A stretch of DNA of 64,000 bases, from contig NW_027191455.1 in the NCBI RefSeq assembly GCF_011745625.1, positions 1,054,001-1,118,000 on the forward strand. The letters are read 5' to 3'. This DNA is from Cladosporium halotolerans. Its lineage: Eukaryota. Under the pieces are notes generated by a model that saw only the letters and a list, made by a program, of their open reading frames with translations, did no database searches and was not told the origin of the DNA. The position numbers and the translations under genes are program-made. The first letter of the stretch is position 1. Each line of letters begins with the position of its first letter. Shown here one piece after another: positions 22,685-33,076 of this stretch.

Positions 22685-23196
22685 GATGATAATCTCGATA
22701 TGCTGTGGGTTGAACAAGATCGCCGAGCTCCAACCTCTTGCGAGTAGGCCTCTCACGCAGCCCATCTCGGCCGACTCTTATAGACACTTTCAGGCCATGT
22801 GGAGCCGAGGACAAGTCTGTCGCTTCCGCGCCAAAAAGGAGAGCTCGAGCCGCTGATGTAGATAAAGTGCAGAACTACTGCACATAGTGGCATGCTTTCT
22901 GCATCAAACCTACACCCGATGAGGGGTCCTATAGGGCTCACATCTATCACTGATTGATGTTCCACGTCACATGAGCTTGGTAGCTAAGGTTCTTAGCTTT
23001 GAAGGTCGCTTTCAACGCTCGCCGTATTTCAGTGAACGTCGACGGAGACCATCTCGCAATACCACGCCCTATGTTGTGGCAGTCACATAGGGAAGGGTAT
23101 GAGATGTCGATTGCGAAGATTTCAGCGTTGAGTTATGACACTCAGTGACTACAAATGAATTTGGCAGCCAATCTTCCCTGTCCCTTAATAGTACTC

Positions 23197-24283
23197 TCAC
23201 AATCCATCGCCGGGGAACCAAGCACTCATCCATCTTTCGTCCAGGTCGTCACCCTTTTGATAGAATCGCAGATCTGTGCTCAGTCGAATGATGCCTCTCT
23301 CAGACTGATTGACAGTCGCCGTGTGCACCATATAGGGGTCATGGAAAACCACGTCCCCGGCTTCGTAATCTGCGATGAGCCATTTGCGCCCTTGACCGAC
23401 CTTTTCAGTGTAGTCTGCTGCATCTTCCGTAATAACACCTCCCGCAGCCATGTTGACATTGTAAGCACTGATCCGCTGCTCCGGTGAGAATTCTGCAGCT
23501 CTAGTGTTGAATTCGTCTTCAGTGATTTGGCCAATATTTGAAGAGTCTTCGAGGTAAGCGAGCCCTCCCCCGTCCATGGCGATATCGCCTTTGCAAGCAT
23601 CAGATTTTTGTTCGGGAAACCAAATGTTATACTACTCACCAATCGGTACCCATGCAGTCAAGAATTCACTCTCTCCTTTTCGGAGGAAAATCTTGTCATA
23701 GTGTATTCCAGTGCTTTTCGCGCCCGGCACTGAATGACGCAGAAGAGTCCGGGTGCAAAGCACATCTTGCTTCCATCGCATAAAGTCATTGATGAAGTTC
23801 CTCAATGCTGGATGCTCAAGAAACGCAAGGTACTGGGGATCTTGATGTGCTTCGAAGCACTTCTGCGTCACCGTGTCAAGTCGGTCTTCACTGACCGAGC
23901 CGATGCCAGCGGCAGCGTCAGGAGGCATGGAATCATTGAAGATACCTTCTCGCGGACCACTTCCAGCTCGTAACATTCCCGCGTCTGCCAATTTAGAGAA
24001 ATAGCTGGAAAGATGTCAGCGTGGCCGAAGTTCAACAACCACCAAACGCTCACTTTTCGCGGACACGAAGCACGTCATCTCTTGGGATTAGACCCTTGAT
24101 GAAAACATAGCCGGTCTCCTTCATCTTCTGACGCATTTCGTCGAACGGTGTGTCCTTTGGGGTTGGCTGCATCAGGCCAACCTTGTCGTGGCTGAGTCGA
24201 TCGCCGTTGTTGAACGCAATGCCAGTAGGCAGACCTTTGACGACTGCGGAAGTCGAGACATGGCGGTGTTTTGTGAGGGTCAT
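23197..24283 (-). CDS. Phytanoyl-CoA dioxygenase (PhyH) family 2OG/Fe(II) dioxygenase
   Basis: Introns 24053-24005 and 23639-23589 give an uninterrupted frame. HxD motif TGIHYDKIFLR, LTAWVPIGD, distal His in GDVVFHDPYMVH, 2OG-binding Arg in IRLSTDLRF. Confidence 0.9.
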
Positions 24284-24627
24284 CTCGGAAATTGAGAGTA
24301 AGGAAGGGGTTGGATCTTGTCTTCGGAAGAAAGATAGACTGGGTCTCTGTCGAGGCTGCGCTTCGTCGTATAGGCTCGCGGCGAAGATCGCAAAGCATGT
24401 AACGTTCTTTAAGACAGACCGCCAACATTAAGCTGCGGATGACTGTAAAGTAACATCTCTCGGCTGATCAGAAGCTTGCTGGATTAGCAAGCATCCAATC
24501 TTGTGGCAACTTGTGACTTTGAGCTCTCCACTTTCCGATCTTGACATCCATGAACAGATCGAAAGGTAGAAGGCAATTGGTGTCCAAGACCAAACACAAC
24601 ATGTGAGGAGGCGATGTAGAGAGTTGG

Positions 24628-24718
24628 CTACGCTCCGATCCGTACTGGAAGAGAATAGCTTCCGATCACATCCATATGAAGGATAGCGTCCGATGAGTAA
24701 TTGAGCTAGCGTCCGATC
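24628..24718. promoter_or_regulatory. Four direct repeats of TA-N4-CCGAT (consensus about TAGCGTCCGATC) in the divergent PhyH/permease promoter; candidate Zn2Cys6 sites
   Basis: TACGCTCCGATC, TAGCTTCCGATC, TAGCGTCCGATG and TAGCGTCCGATC, with TCCGAT at 24634, 24661, 24689 and 24712; further TCCGAT copies at 24534 and 25023. Confidence 0.55.
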
Positions 24719-25142
24719 CTGCCATGTGCACACATGGCGAAGCGAAACTTTAAAAGCTAACTTCATCTTGGCCCTGACTCCGCGGGACAATTCTCATGCT
24801 GCGTGTTCGAGCCGAGAATCCTTCCTTCGCGACTCCCCGCCTCATCCCCATGGGCACCCCGCACTCAGCTCCATCTTCAAACCCTATGGCGTTTTGCCAA
24901 GGACGTGGCGCTCGACTCAAAGACAGCATTTGCCCAGCAATGCAATCATCCATGTAAGGAATGTCCACATACCGTAGTGTGCCCTCACTCGAGCAAGATT
25001 CCGCCTCTTTGTGGAGGTTTCATCCGATGTATCAGCTTTTGGATATATCTACATCGCGACCATCCCTCCTTACACATTGCTCCAACCATTTTGTACGATC
25101 ATCGAGAGGCTCCCTGGGTCTTTTCACTCTCTTATCCTCAAT

Positions 25143-27151
25143 ATGGCCGCCCGTACAGATACGACCAAAGGCGTTTTTGACAAGGTCGATGGAGGAATTG
25201 GCATTAGCTATGAGGAATATCGCAAGGCCGAGCCCGTTACTGGCTCGACTGCGCTCGCAGAGGCATTGGCGGATGCTAAACCAAGACCTCTGTCGAAGAA
25301 CATGATCAAACTCTACGGCATCATGGTCGTTGGGTACTTGATCGCGACAATGAACGGATTTGGTAGCTTCTCTCAGCAACGATACCTACGAGACATGTTA
25401 CTGACAACCCTCAAGACTCGATCCTGATGGGAGCAATCAACGCAATGCCAGCTTATCAGAAGACGTTTGCACTGACTGGTGCTGGATCATCGACGGGAAT
25501 CATTTTCATCATCTACAATCTTCCTGGTCGTGGTCGGTACTGCGGTGCAGGTAACCTCGCACACACAGGGTCACTTTATTGCAGGAAGATTCCTTCTCGG
25601 ATTCGGAGCGGCCATTGCTTCGGCCGCAGGTCCAGCGTACATAGCTGAGCTGGCTCATCCTGCCTTCCGTGGCATCATGGCGGGTTTCTACAACAATTTC
25701 TGGTGGTTCGGTTAGTACGAAGCTTCGCTGCCGGGTTTGACTCGACTCTGACACATGGCAGGAAATATCATTGCCGGTAAGGCCTTCGAGATTTAGGCTG
25801 ATTTGTGCACTTTTTCTCACAAAGCCCAGGCTGGACTACATACGGCTCGAACAAGAACCTCACTACCTCTTCTTGGGCATGGCGTACCCCAACTGTTGTT
25901 CAGGCTGGGATGCCTCTCATAGTGATCGTTGGTGCCGGGTCCCTTACAGTCTCCCCGACAATCTGACCACTCTCAGGTACTCATCATACTCTTTCCAGAG
26001 AGCCCGCGCTGGCTCGTGGCACACGATCGCAACGAAGAGGCCATCAAGATTCTTGCCAAATACCATGCCGACGGCGACGAACATGCCCCGATCGTACGTC
26101 TCCAGTACGAAGAAATCCGTGAGGATCTTGCAGAAACAGCTGATAAGACAGCATGGTAAGATCAACGGGGCCAGAGGACTGTTTCCGTACATTTAACCAA
26201 TCTCGCACTAGGTGGGACTACCGCGGCCTTGCCAATACTCGAGGTCGTCGATACCGACTGTCTATGGTCATTGCAATGGCATTCTTTGGGCAGTGGAGTG
26301 GCAACAACGTGGTGAGCTACCTCGGCAGATAATTCACATAAGATCGAGCTCCTAATCAACGCAGGTATCCTACTTCATGACCGAGATTCTCAAATCGGCT
26401 GGAATCCTCGATCCCAACAAACAGCTCTTGATCAGTGAGTGCTCCAATGCGCCGAAAATTGCACTGCTGACAACGTCACAAGACGCCATTGCACCTATCT
26501 TCGCACTCATCGCTTCAGCCTACGGCGCAACTCTCCTGGACAAGCGAGGCCGCCGATTCATGCTCCTTTGGGGCATGGTCGGTTCGATCTTTGCATTCAT
26601 TCTTCTGACGGCGTTCGTCTCCAAGACCGATGCCGTACCCGGACTTGCTTACGGAACGATCGTTGCAATCTATCTGTTCTTGATCTTCTTCTCTTGGGGT
26701 TGGACTCCATTGCAGATGCTGTATCCGGTCGAGTGCCTCGAGAACGTATCAAGGGCCAAAGGCATGGGAGTGAATTACCTCTTTCTCAATATAGCGTAAG
26801 TTTCTGACACGCTCTGGGGGCATCCGTCCAGTCTGCTTACCCTCTTGTAGTATGGTGGTCAACACTTTTGGTGTTTCCGTCGCGATCGAGAAGATTGGAT
26901 GGAGGCTGTACCTGATCTACATTTGCTGGCAAGTCGTGGAGCTCGTCACTCTCTATTTCTTCTTTCCAGAAGTGAGTTCATAATTTCTCATCACTTGGAC
27001 TCATGCATATTCGAAGAGCTGCTCACTCTTTAATTTCTCACAGACCGCAGGAAGAAGTATCGAGGAATTATCGGAAGTCTTCAACGACCCACACCCAGTC
27101 AAGGCAAGCTTGAAGTCACCCTTGACGAAGACACATTCTTCTGGGTCTTGA
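25143..27151 (+). pseudogene. MFS sugar porter (lactose permease/cellodextrin transporter-like) with a frameshifting internal deletion
   Basis: Multi-intron model: MNGFDSILMGAINAM, AGRFLLGFG, YIAELAHP, WAWRTP, FPESPRWL, FFGQWSGNNVVSYF, YPVECL..SRAKGM, PETAGRSIEEL. At about 25520, IIYNL runs out of frame directly into FLVVVGTAVQ, and the TM2-TM3 loop (DxxGRR) is absent. Confidence 0.8.
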
Positions 27152-27329
27152 ACTGGCGTTCGTTCAATGATCCTGTTTGAGCGCTTGAGACTGTGGTCGT
27201 GGCGTGCCATAGAGGTAAAAGGCACTCCCAAGTTGAAAACTAGCTATTTGAACTGCGTCATCTATACTCCATACATTAGTAGGAGCAATTCATAAGCAAA
27301 AGCCTCACCAAAGCAACTCTCCACCCCGC

Positions 27330-29735
27330 TCAACGCTTAGCAGCCCTCTGAGCAAACGCATCGTAAGCCTCGAGCATTTCCGCCGTAATCCCCTTCGCCG
27401 TAGCAGCGAAGCCCGTTTCAAAGTCCGCCTTGCAGATGCTCCTGTCTGGTGAGCCCTTGATGGCACGCCCAATGGACTGTTGAACCGCCAGATCGCACGC
27501 GCTGACGATCTCGGCTCCGGAGTATCCCTCCGTCTCTATTACGAGATCCTCAAGACTGACATCTTCCTTCAGCGTGAGGCCCTTTGTGCTGATGGTCAGA
27601 ATGTCGCGACGAGCAGGACCGGTAGGCGGGCCGAGATAGATGTGCGCATCGAAGCGACCAGGGCGCAAGAGTGCCGGGTCGAGCGATTCCGGCTTGTTGG
27701 TGGCCGCCAGTACTTGCACGCCCTTGAGGAGCTCGAAACCGTCCATCTCGTTGAGCAAGGTAGTGAGAACATTCAAGCCTGAGCTGCTGCCCAACTCTCT
27801 CGTCGATCCGATTGCGTCGATCTCATCAAAGAAGATGATGCTGGGTGCTGCAGCGCGAGCTTTGCGGAAGATTTCTCGCACGGCTCGCTCGGATTCGCCC
27901 ACGTACATGCTGATGAGCTCTGCACCCTTGACCGCAATGAAGTTGAGGCCGTAAGTGTTTGCGACGGCTTGAGCAGTCATCGTCTTGGAGCAACCTGGGG
28001 GGCCGTAAAGAAGAGCACCCTTTTGCCATTTTAGACGTCCGTACTCGGCGAGAATGTCAGAGTGAAGCATCGGCCAGCCGACGATTGTGTCAAAGCGCTC
28101 TTTGACCCTGTCCGATCCACCAATATCGTTCCAGGTGACCTTTGGCGTCTCAAGGATGATTTCCCTGAGCGCAGTCGGACGAACCTGGCGGAGAGCGGAC
28201 TCGAAATCCTCAAGGGTCACTGAGATGCGAGAAGGTGCGGTGCTCTCATCGTTTGACGCCGCTTGCTCTTGATTGCCGTCGTCAATGAGTGTCACCTCGG
28301 TGCTCTGAGAGGTAGCAGATTGTGCTTGCACTTTGACCCATTCTTCGTGTTCTTCGACGTGACGTTCAAGTGCACTGTCCATCGCTTCCCACACTAGCTG
28401 CCCAAGATCCTTTCCAGTGAAGCCATGGGTACGTGTGCCAACGTTGCTGTACAAAGACTCATCTTTGGAGTGCTCTGCGTGGAATAACGCCTTCACAATG
28501 TCCACACGCGCTGCACTGTCCGGTACAGGGAGCTCGATAGTCTTTGAGAAACGCTTGGGGGCGATGAGCGCACTATCGATTGCCGTCTTGTCACGAGTCG
28601 CTGCGACGACTAGGACGCCAGTGCCAACGATGGAGTCAAACCCAGTGCACAAAGAATCAATGGTATTGCGCAAAACAGCATCGCCAGAGGCGGCGATTTG
28701 CTCGAGGTTGTCGATCAGAACAAGACTTGGTTGATTCGCCAATGCTTCGTTGAAAGCGCTTTGAATGACTGCGTCGTTTTTTGATGCGGTTCCAAGAAGC
28801 TGTCTCTTTTCCAGGCGTACAGTCTTCTTGGCGCCCGAGTTCCGCTGTAACTCTTCGATGATCAACGACTTACCAGTACCCTCGTAGCCGTGAAGCAAAA
28901 CACTGGAGTTCCATGGTAGGCCATCTTCCTGGTTCTGCGACTTCGCCTTGATGCACAGGCGATGCAAGCGACGGTTGAGGTCCACAATCTGGTCAGAAAG
29001 GCCACCAATGCGATCCGCACCAAGACGCATGTTGAATTCCTGCGTAGCTATGGCCTCAGTAGGCTCTGCCACGCTCTCGACGAATGACACTTCTGTCTTG
29101 TCGTCGTGCATGAACAGAGTTGATCCCGAGTCTTGGAAACCATCGGTTGCTACATGCTCGACAAAGAAACGCTTCTTAAGTCCTTTCTTCGCGGCGACGT
29201 CGAAAGTCATGCCGACAGAGAAAGCATCGCAGTTGTCTATCGAAGACAGGCATTAGCTCATATCCAATTCTGCCTGATCTGATGACTCTTGAGCACAGCA
29301 CGCCGTTGCCGACCCCGTTTCCCAAACGATCTTCCCTCTAGACATACCCAATAGAGCACGGCATCTCGTGACCCAGCTGCCGTCATCCGTGCCGTCGTAG
29401 TCGGATGGTGTCACATCCATCAAAGACACTTTCTGGGCTCGAGTGACTTTCTTGTCGCACTTGGCGATGGTAATGTGGGTTCCTTGCTTGAACCCAAATG
29501 TCTCTCGAAGAGTGTCACTCATCTTCGCGGGTTGCACTTTCGGACTGTTGCCCATCCTGTCGGCAGCACGCCACGCAATTCCCAAGCCGGAAGCGCCATC
29601 CTCGTCGGTGATTTGGCACAGTTCGCCGACTTTGAGACCCAGTTTCTCCAGGGCCTCGGGGGAGATGTGTACTCTATAGGCACCATCGAGACCAGCTGCG
29701 GTGAGCGGGCGAACGACAAATCGAAGTTCGCCCAT
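27330..29735 (-). CDS. AFG2: AAA+ ATPase AFG2/Drg1 (ribosome biogenesis)
   Basis: Intron 29347-29237. Two AAA modules; D2 has GPPGCSKT, FIAVKGAELISMYVGESERAVRE, IIFFDEID, ALLRPGRFD. GCSKT is characteristic of the AFG2/SPATA5 clade. Confidence 0.9.
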
Positions 29736-30084
29736 CTCGTCGGTGGCACCAGTCGGGCGGACCGGGGTATGATGAGACGGAATGTGACCAGTCGTGCGTG
29801 ACTTTTTGAGTGATGTTTGGACGGGCTATAAGCTTCCAAGCCTGTTTTCTCGTCCCGGTACTAGTGACTGGAGTTTGTTGAAGAGACGTTGCTCGCAAGT
29901 ATCTCACAACGACAATGTTCAGTCTTCAAACCTTCAAAAAGCAGTCGCGCAGATCTTCCCCAATTGGAACTAGCGTCCGTGCACCTCCAGCTTCTCTCTC
30001 GACTTCCCGGCTCCAATTCACAAGCAAGGGAGAGGGAGAGAGAGAGACGTCACTTTCCCGGACTGTCGTTCATGCGAGTGATTG

Positions 30085-31401
30085 ATGCTCAGAGCGCCTT
30101 TGTCGAGAAAGCGCGGTATCTGGCCGACATGGAGCGGCGGTGAAATCACTTTACGCGCGCGCAGCCATGGAGCCAACCGCGCGCAGCCATACTCGAAACG
30201 ACCTGGAGTAAAGAGTGGCACCCGACGGTCAAGCAGAAATACAACAGAGCAGTCGGCGAGCCAGACACCGACACCGTCTCTAGTCGATCAGCTTTTCCCC
30301 GAGGAGAGCAAGCGAGAAGAAGAGGAGCGGGTGCGGAAGCGGCGTGAGATCCCTCGGCTGCCGCTGGAAAACCCTCTGCGCCAAACGAGACCAGTCGATC
30401 TTCGGAGGAAACCATCGCTGGAGGATGAGCCACCGAACGTGAGTCGCGCGCGCACGCGGCTGGAAGGGGCAGATGAATCTTCACAGACAAGTGTACTTGT
30501 TCTCCTCAATGCGAGCAAGAACCTGACCACGGAGGATTTCATTCGCCTGATACCCCAGGGAAAGCACATGGAGGGATGGACACTTGAGCAGGGAGACATC
30601 CTTCAGGTCATACCGGGACGCAACTTGGCAACGTTGGAGCAGGAGAACTTTTATTACCTGCTCTTCTCGTCTCCATTGAGTGCTTTTGTCTATCAAGGCC
30701 ATGCGACGCGTATTTCTCGGTTGGCCGCCGAGCAGACGCCCAACGCGCTCCACACTGCTCTGGCACCAAAGCCAGGTTTCATGCTGAATGGCATGGACGT
30801 TCATGCGGCTATACAGTCGTACACCCTCACCGCTCCAACCCAAAAACTGAATCTCCGACAATTGAAGCCTCCGCTCTCGCCGTTGGTCTCGTCACTGGTT
30901 CGCAACGGCGGGTACAGGGCGATCCTGGATAGGCCGGACAAAATGCCGTTCGAAGTGCGGTTGACCTTGGATGGCCCTCAGATTCCCATGAGCCGCGTAC
31001 GGTCAGTCGTGTACGCGAGCGGCCGCGAACGAGCCTTGGAATGGTCTGGAGGAGACGAAGTCAATATCAAAATCACCGAATACAAGCCAAATCCTTCGCT
31101 AGTGGCGTCGTCAGGAGAAGACCCCGAACAAATCAGCATCAACAGAGTCCGAACCGAGCTGACGCAATTACAATGGGACATGGCCAAAGCAGAAATCAGT
31201 TTGTCCAAGCGTTACGACGACGACAACGAGCTTACTCTGAAGAAAACACCCAATCCTGTGTACATTATCGGTTTCTACACGGAGCATGCTGCACAAAGCT
31301 TCGTTCGATACTGGCACCGGAGGCCAATGGATCGTGAAAACCGCGAGTGGGATGCGAAAAATGAGCTGCCGCCCGTCGCCAATGTCGAGCTTTTGTGGTA
31401 G
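30085..31401 (+). CDS. Uncharacterised fungal protein, possibly mitochondrial
   Basis: Intronless 438-aa ORF from ATG 30085 with an Arg-rich presequence-like N-terminus and globular-looking blocks (VLLNASKNLTTEDFIRLIP, VIPGRNLATLEQ, AQSFVRYWHRR). Divergent from AFG2. Confidence 0.7.
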   Translation: MLRAPLSRKRGIWPTWSGGEITLRARSHGANRAQPYSKRPGVKSGTRRSSRNTTEQSASQTPTPSLVDQLFPEESKREEEERVRKRREIPRLPLENPLRQTRPVDLRRKPSLEDEPPNVSRARTRLEGADESSQTSVLVLLNASKNLTTEDFIRLIPQGKHMEGWTLEQGDILQVIPGRNLATLEQENFYYLLFSSPLSAFVYQGHATRISRLAAEQTPNALHTALAPKPGFMLNGMDVHAAIQSYTLTAPTQKLNLRQLKPPLSPLVSSLVRNGGYRAILDRPDKMPFEVRLTLDGPQIPMSRVRSVVYASGRERALEWSGGDEVNIKITEYKPNPSLVASSGEDPEQISINRVRTELTQLQWDMAKAEISLSKRYDDDNELTLKKTPNPVYIIGFYTEHAAQSFVRYWHRRPMDRENREWDAKNELPPVANVELLW

Positions 31402-31747
31402 TTGTACAATATAACGATCATGTATCATAACCCTTTTCAGATAGCTGCTATCCTACAAGCTGTGGCTTTTTCTTTTGCCATTTTGGTAATGGTCTCACAA
31501 ATTACACCTGATTTTCTCATCTCTTCTTTTGACCTCGGGCGTCTCGTCGCAAATCGTTCTCCAGCGCGCTTGTGCTATCCGGTCTCCTTAGTACAGGGCG
31601 GGAGACCTGTGTTACGTCCCGGGACTTGCCTCGCAACAGACGAGTTCAATGAGCAAGCGTGCTGTCACCTCTCGATCGAGACGGCCTTGATGCTCGAGGA
31701 TGGTAAGCAACCTGCTGCTCAAGGCTTGTGCAACTGAAGCTTCACGA

Positions 31748-32647
31748 TCACTTCTTCTCTTCCGTCGTGTCCATCTTGATCTTTGCGTCTTTCCTCTGCG
31801 GTCGCTCGCCGAAGATGGTCGTCCCAACCCTCACTTCGTCGCTCCCCTGGCGAAGCGCGGCTTCAAAGTCGGAGCTCATGCCCATGCTCAACTCCAAGTC
31901 ATTGGCCTCAATGCCCAAGTTCTTCACAACTTGATCTCGGACGGTCCTCAAAGTGACGAAATCTTCATTCTCAGTCTCTGGCGTTGAAGCCTTACTGCGC
32001 GCAATAGCGCCAATGGTCATGAGACCGGCGAGTTGCAGGTGAGGGCACTTCTCCATGATGTGCTTGCACAGTTCCGTCGCATCCTTGGGCTCGACGCCGC
32101 TCTTCTCCGCCTCACCAGACGTATTGATTTGCGCGAGCACACGCAACTTCTCAGACAGCTCTTGCTTCTCCGCCAACGCGGCACGACCTTTCTCCAGAGC
32201 GTCCGACTTCTTCGCGGTATCCACGCTGCTCACGCACCACAGATTGGGCACCTGCTCCGCCAAGGGCTTGCACTTGTTCGTCTGCAACGCTCCGATAATG
32301 TGCCATTTGATCGTCCGCGGCAGCATGGCGGCCTTCTCCGTGAGCTCTTGCGCATAATTTTCGCCAAAGTGGACATGCTGGGGGGGCTCTCTGTGCAAGG
32401 CGAGGATGTCGTTTGCTGGCTTTAGCTTGGAAACGGCAATGAGACGGACCTACGCGTTTTCGTATCAACGGCACTGCTCGCTGGCCCGGCATCGCGTCTG
32501 TAAATCTTGTGCATGCCGTACCTTACGCCCGCCGCTAGCGCCAGAGATCTTCTGCAGCACGCCGCCGACATTCTCAGCCAGCACCTGTGCGCGCTGAGGG
32601 TCTACTCGCATGGTCTCCTCGCCGTTCGCTTGATTCTCCTCCGACAT
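31748..32647 (-). CDS. PLPBP: Pyridoxal-phosphate homeostasis protein (YggS/PROSC/YBL036C family)
   Basis: Intron 32521-32450. VRLIAVSKLKP (PLP lysine), HFGENYAQEL, WHIIGALQTNK, QINTSGEAEKSG, LSMGMSSDFEAA, VRVGTTIFGER. Confidence 0.95.
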
Positions 32648-33076
32648 AATCCGTGCAAGGGAGGAGGCAGAGGGGTAGCCTTGAAGACTTCTTGCGCGGC
32701 AATTTCGAGGTTCCTCTAGGGCAGGGCGTGGTGAGGTCACGACGAAGGCCTTCGCTTCAATCTTGCCCCGAGGTCTTGGCCAGCTTCTCCGCTTCGGCTC
32801 CAGAAAAACCATGCTGATCGCCACCGATCGTCACCTCTCTCCACGCGGACCATGCGAGCCATGCGAATGATGTCGACCTCGATTGGTCAGATTGCGTAAA
32901 GGGTATGGTCGCCGACTCAAACATGCCTTGGCCTGTCCTGGAGTCCGCGGCGGACGAGTGCCACGGAACGGCCATGCGGCACTTGCAGCATTAGCTTGGA
33001 GGTATAAGTAATGTTCAACTGTCTTTACCTTTACCTTGCCTCATTCCACGAACTTCGAGCCGTAGTGAGAGAGATC

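Noticed and set aside
24526..25016. Five CreA-type SYGGRG sites in the PhyH/permease promoter
   Set aside because: About three are expected by chance in 860 bp on both strands, so this is not a convincing enrichment.
18564..27151. RIP as the cause of cluster decay
   Set aside because: There is no AT enrichment or visible TpA excess, two lesions are indels, and the nonsense change is C to T in a CpC rather than CpA context.
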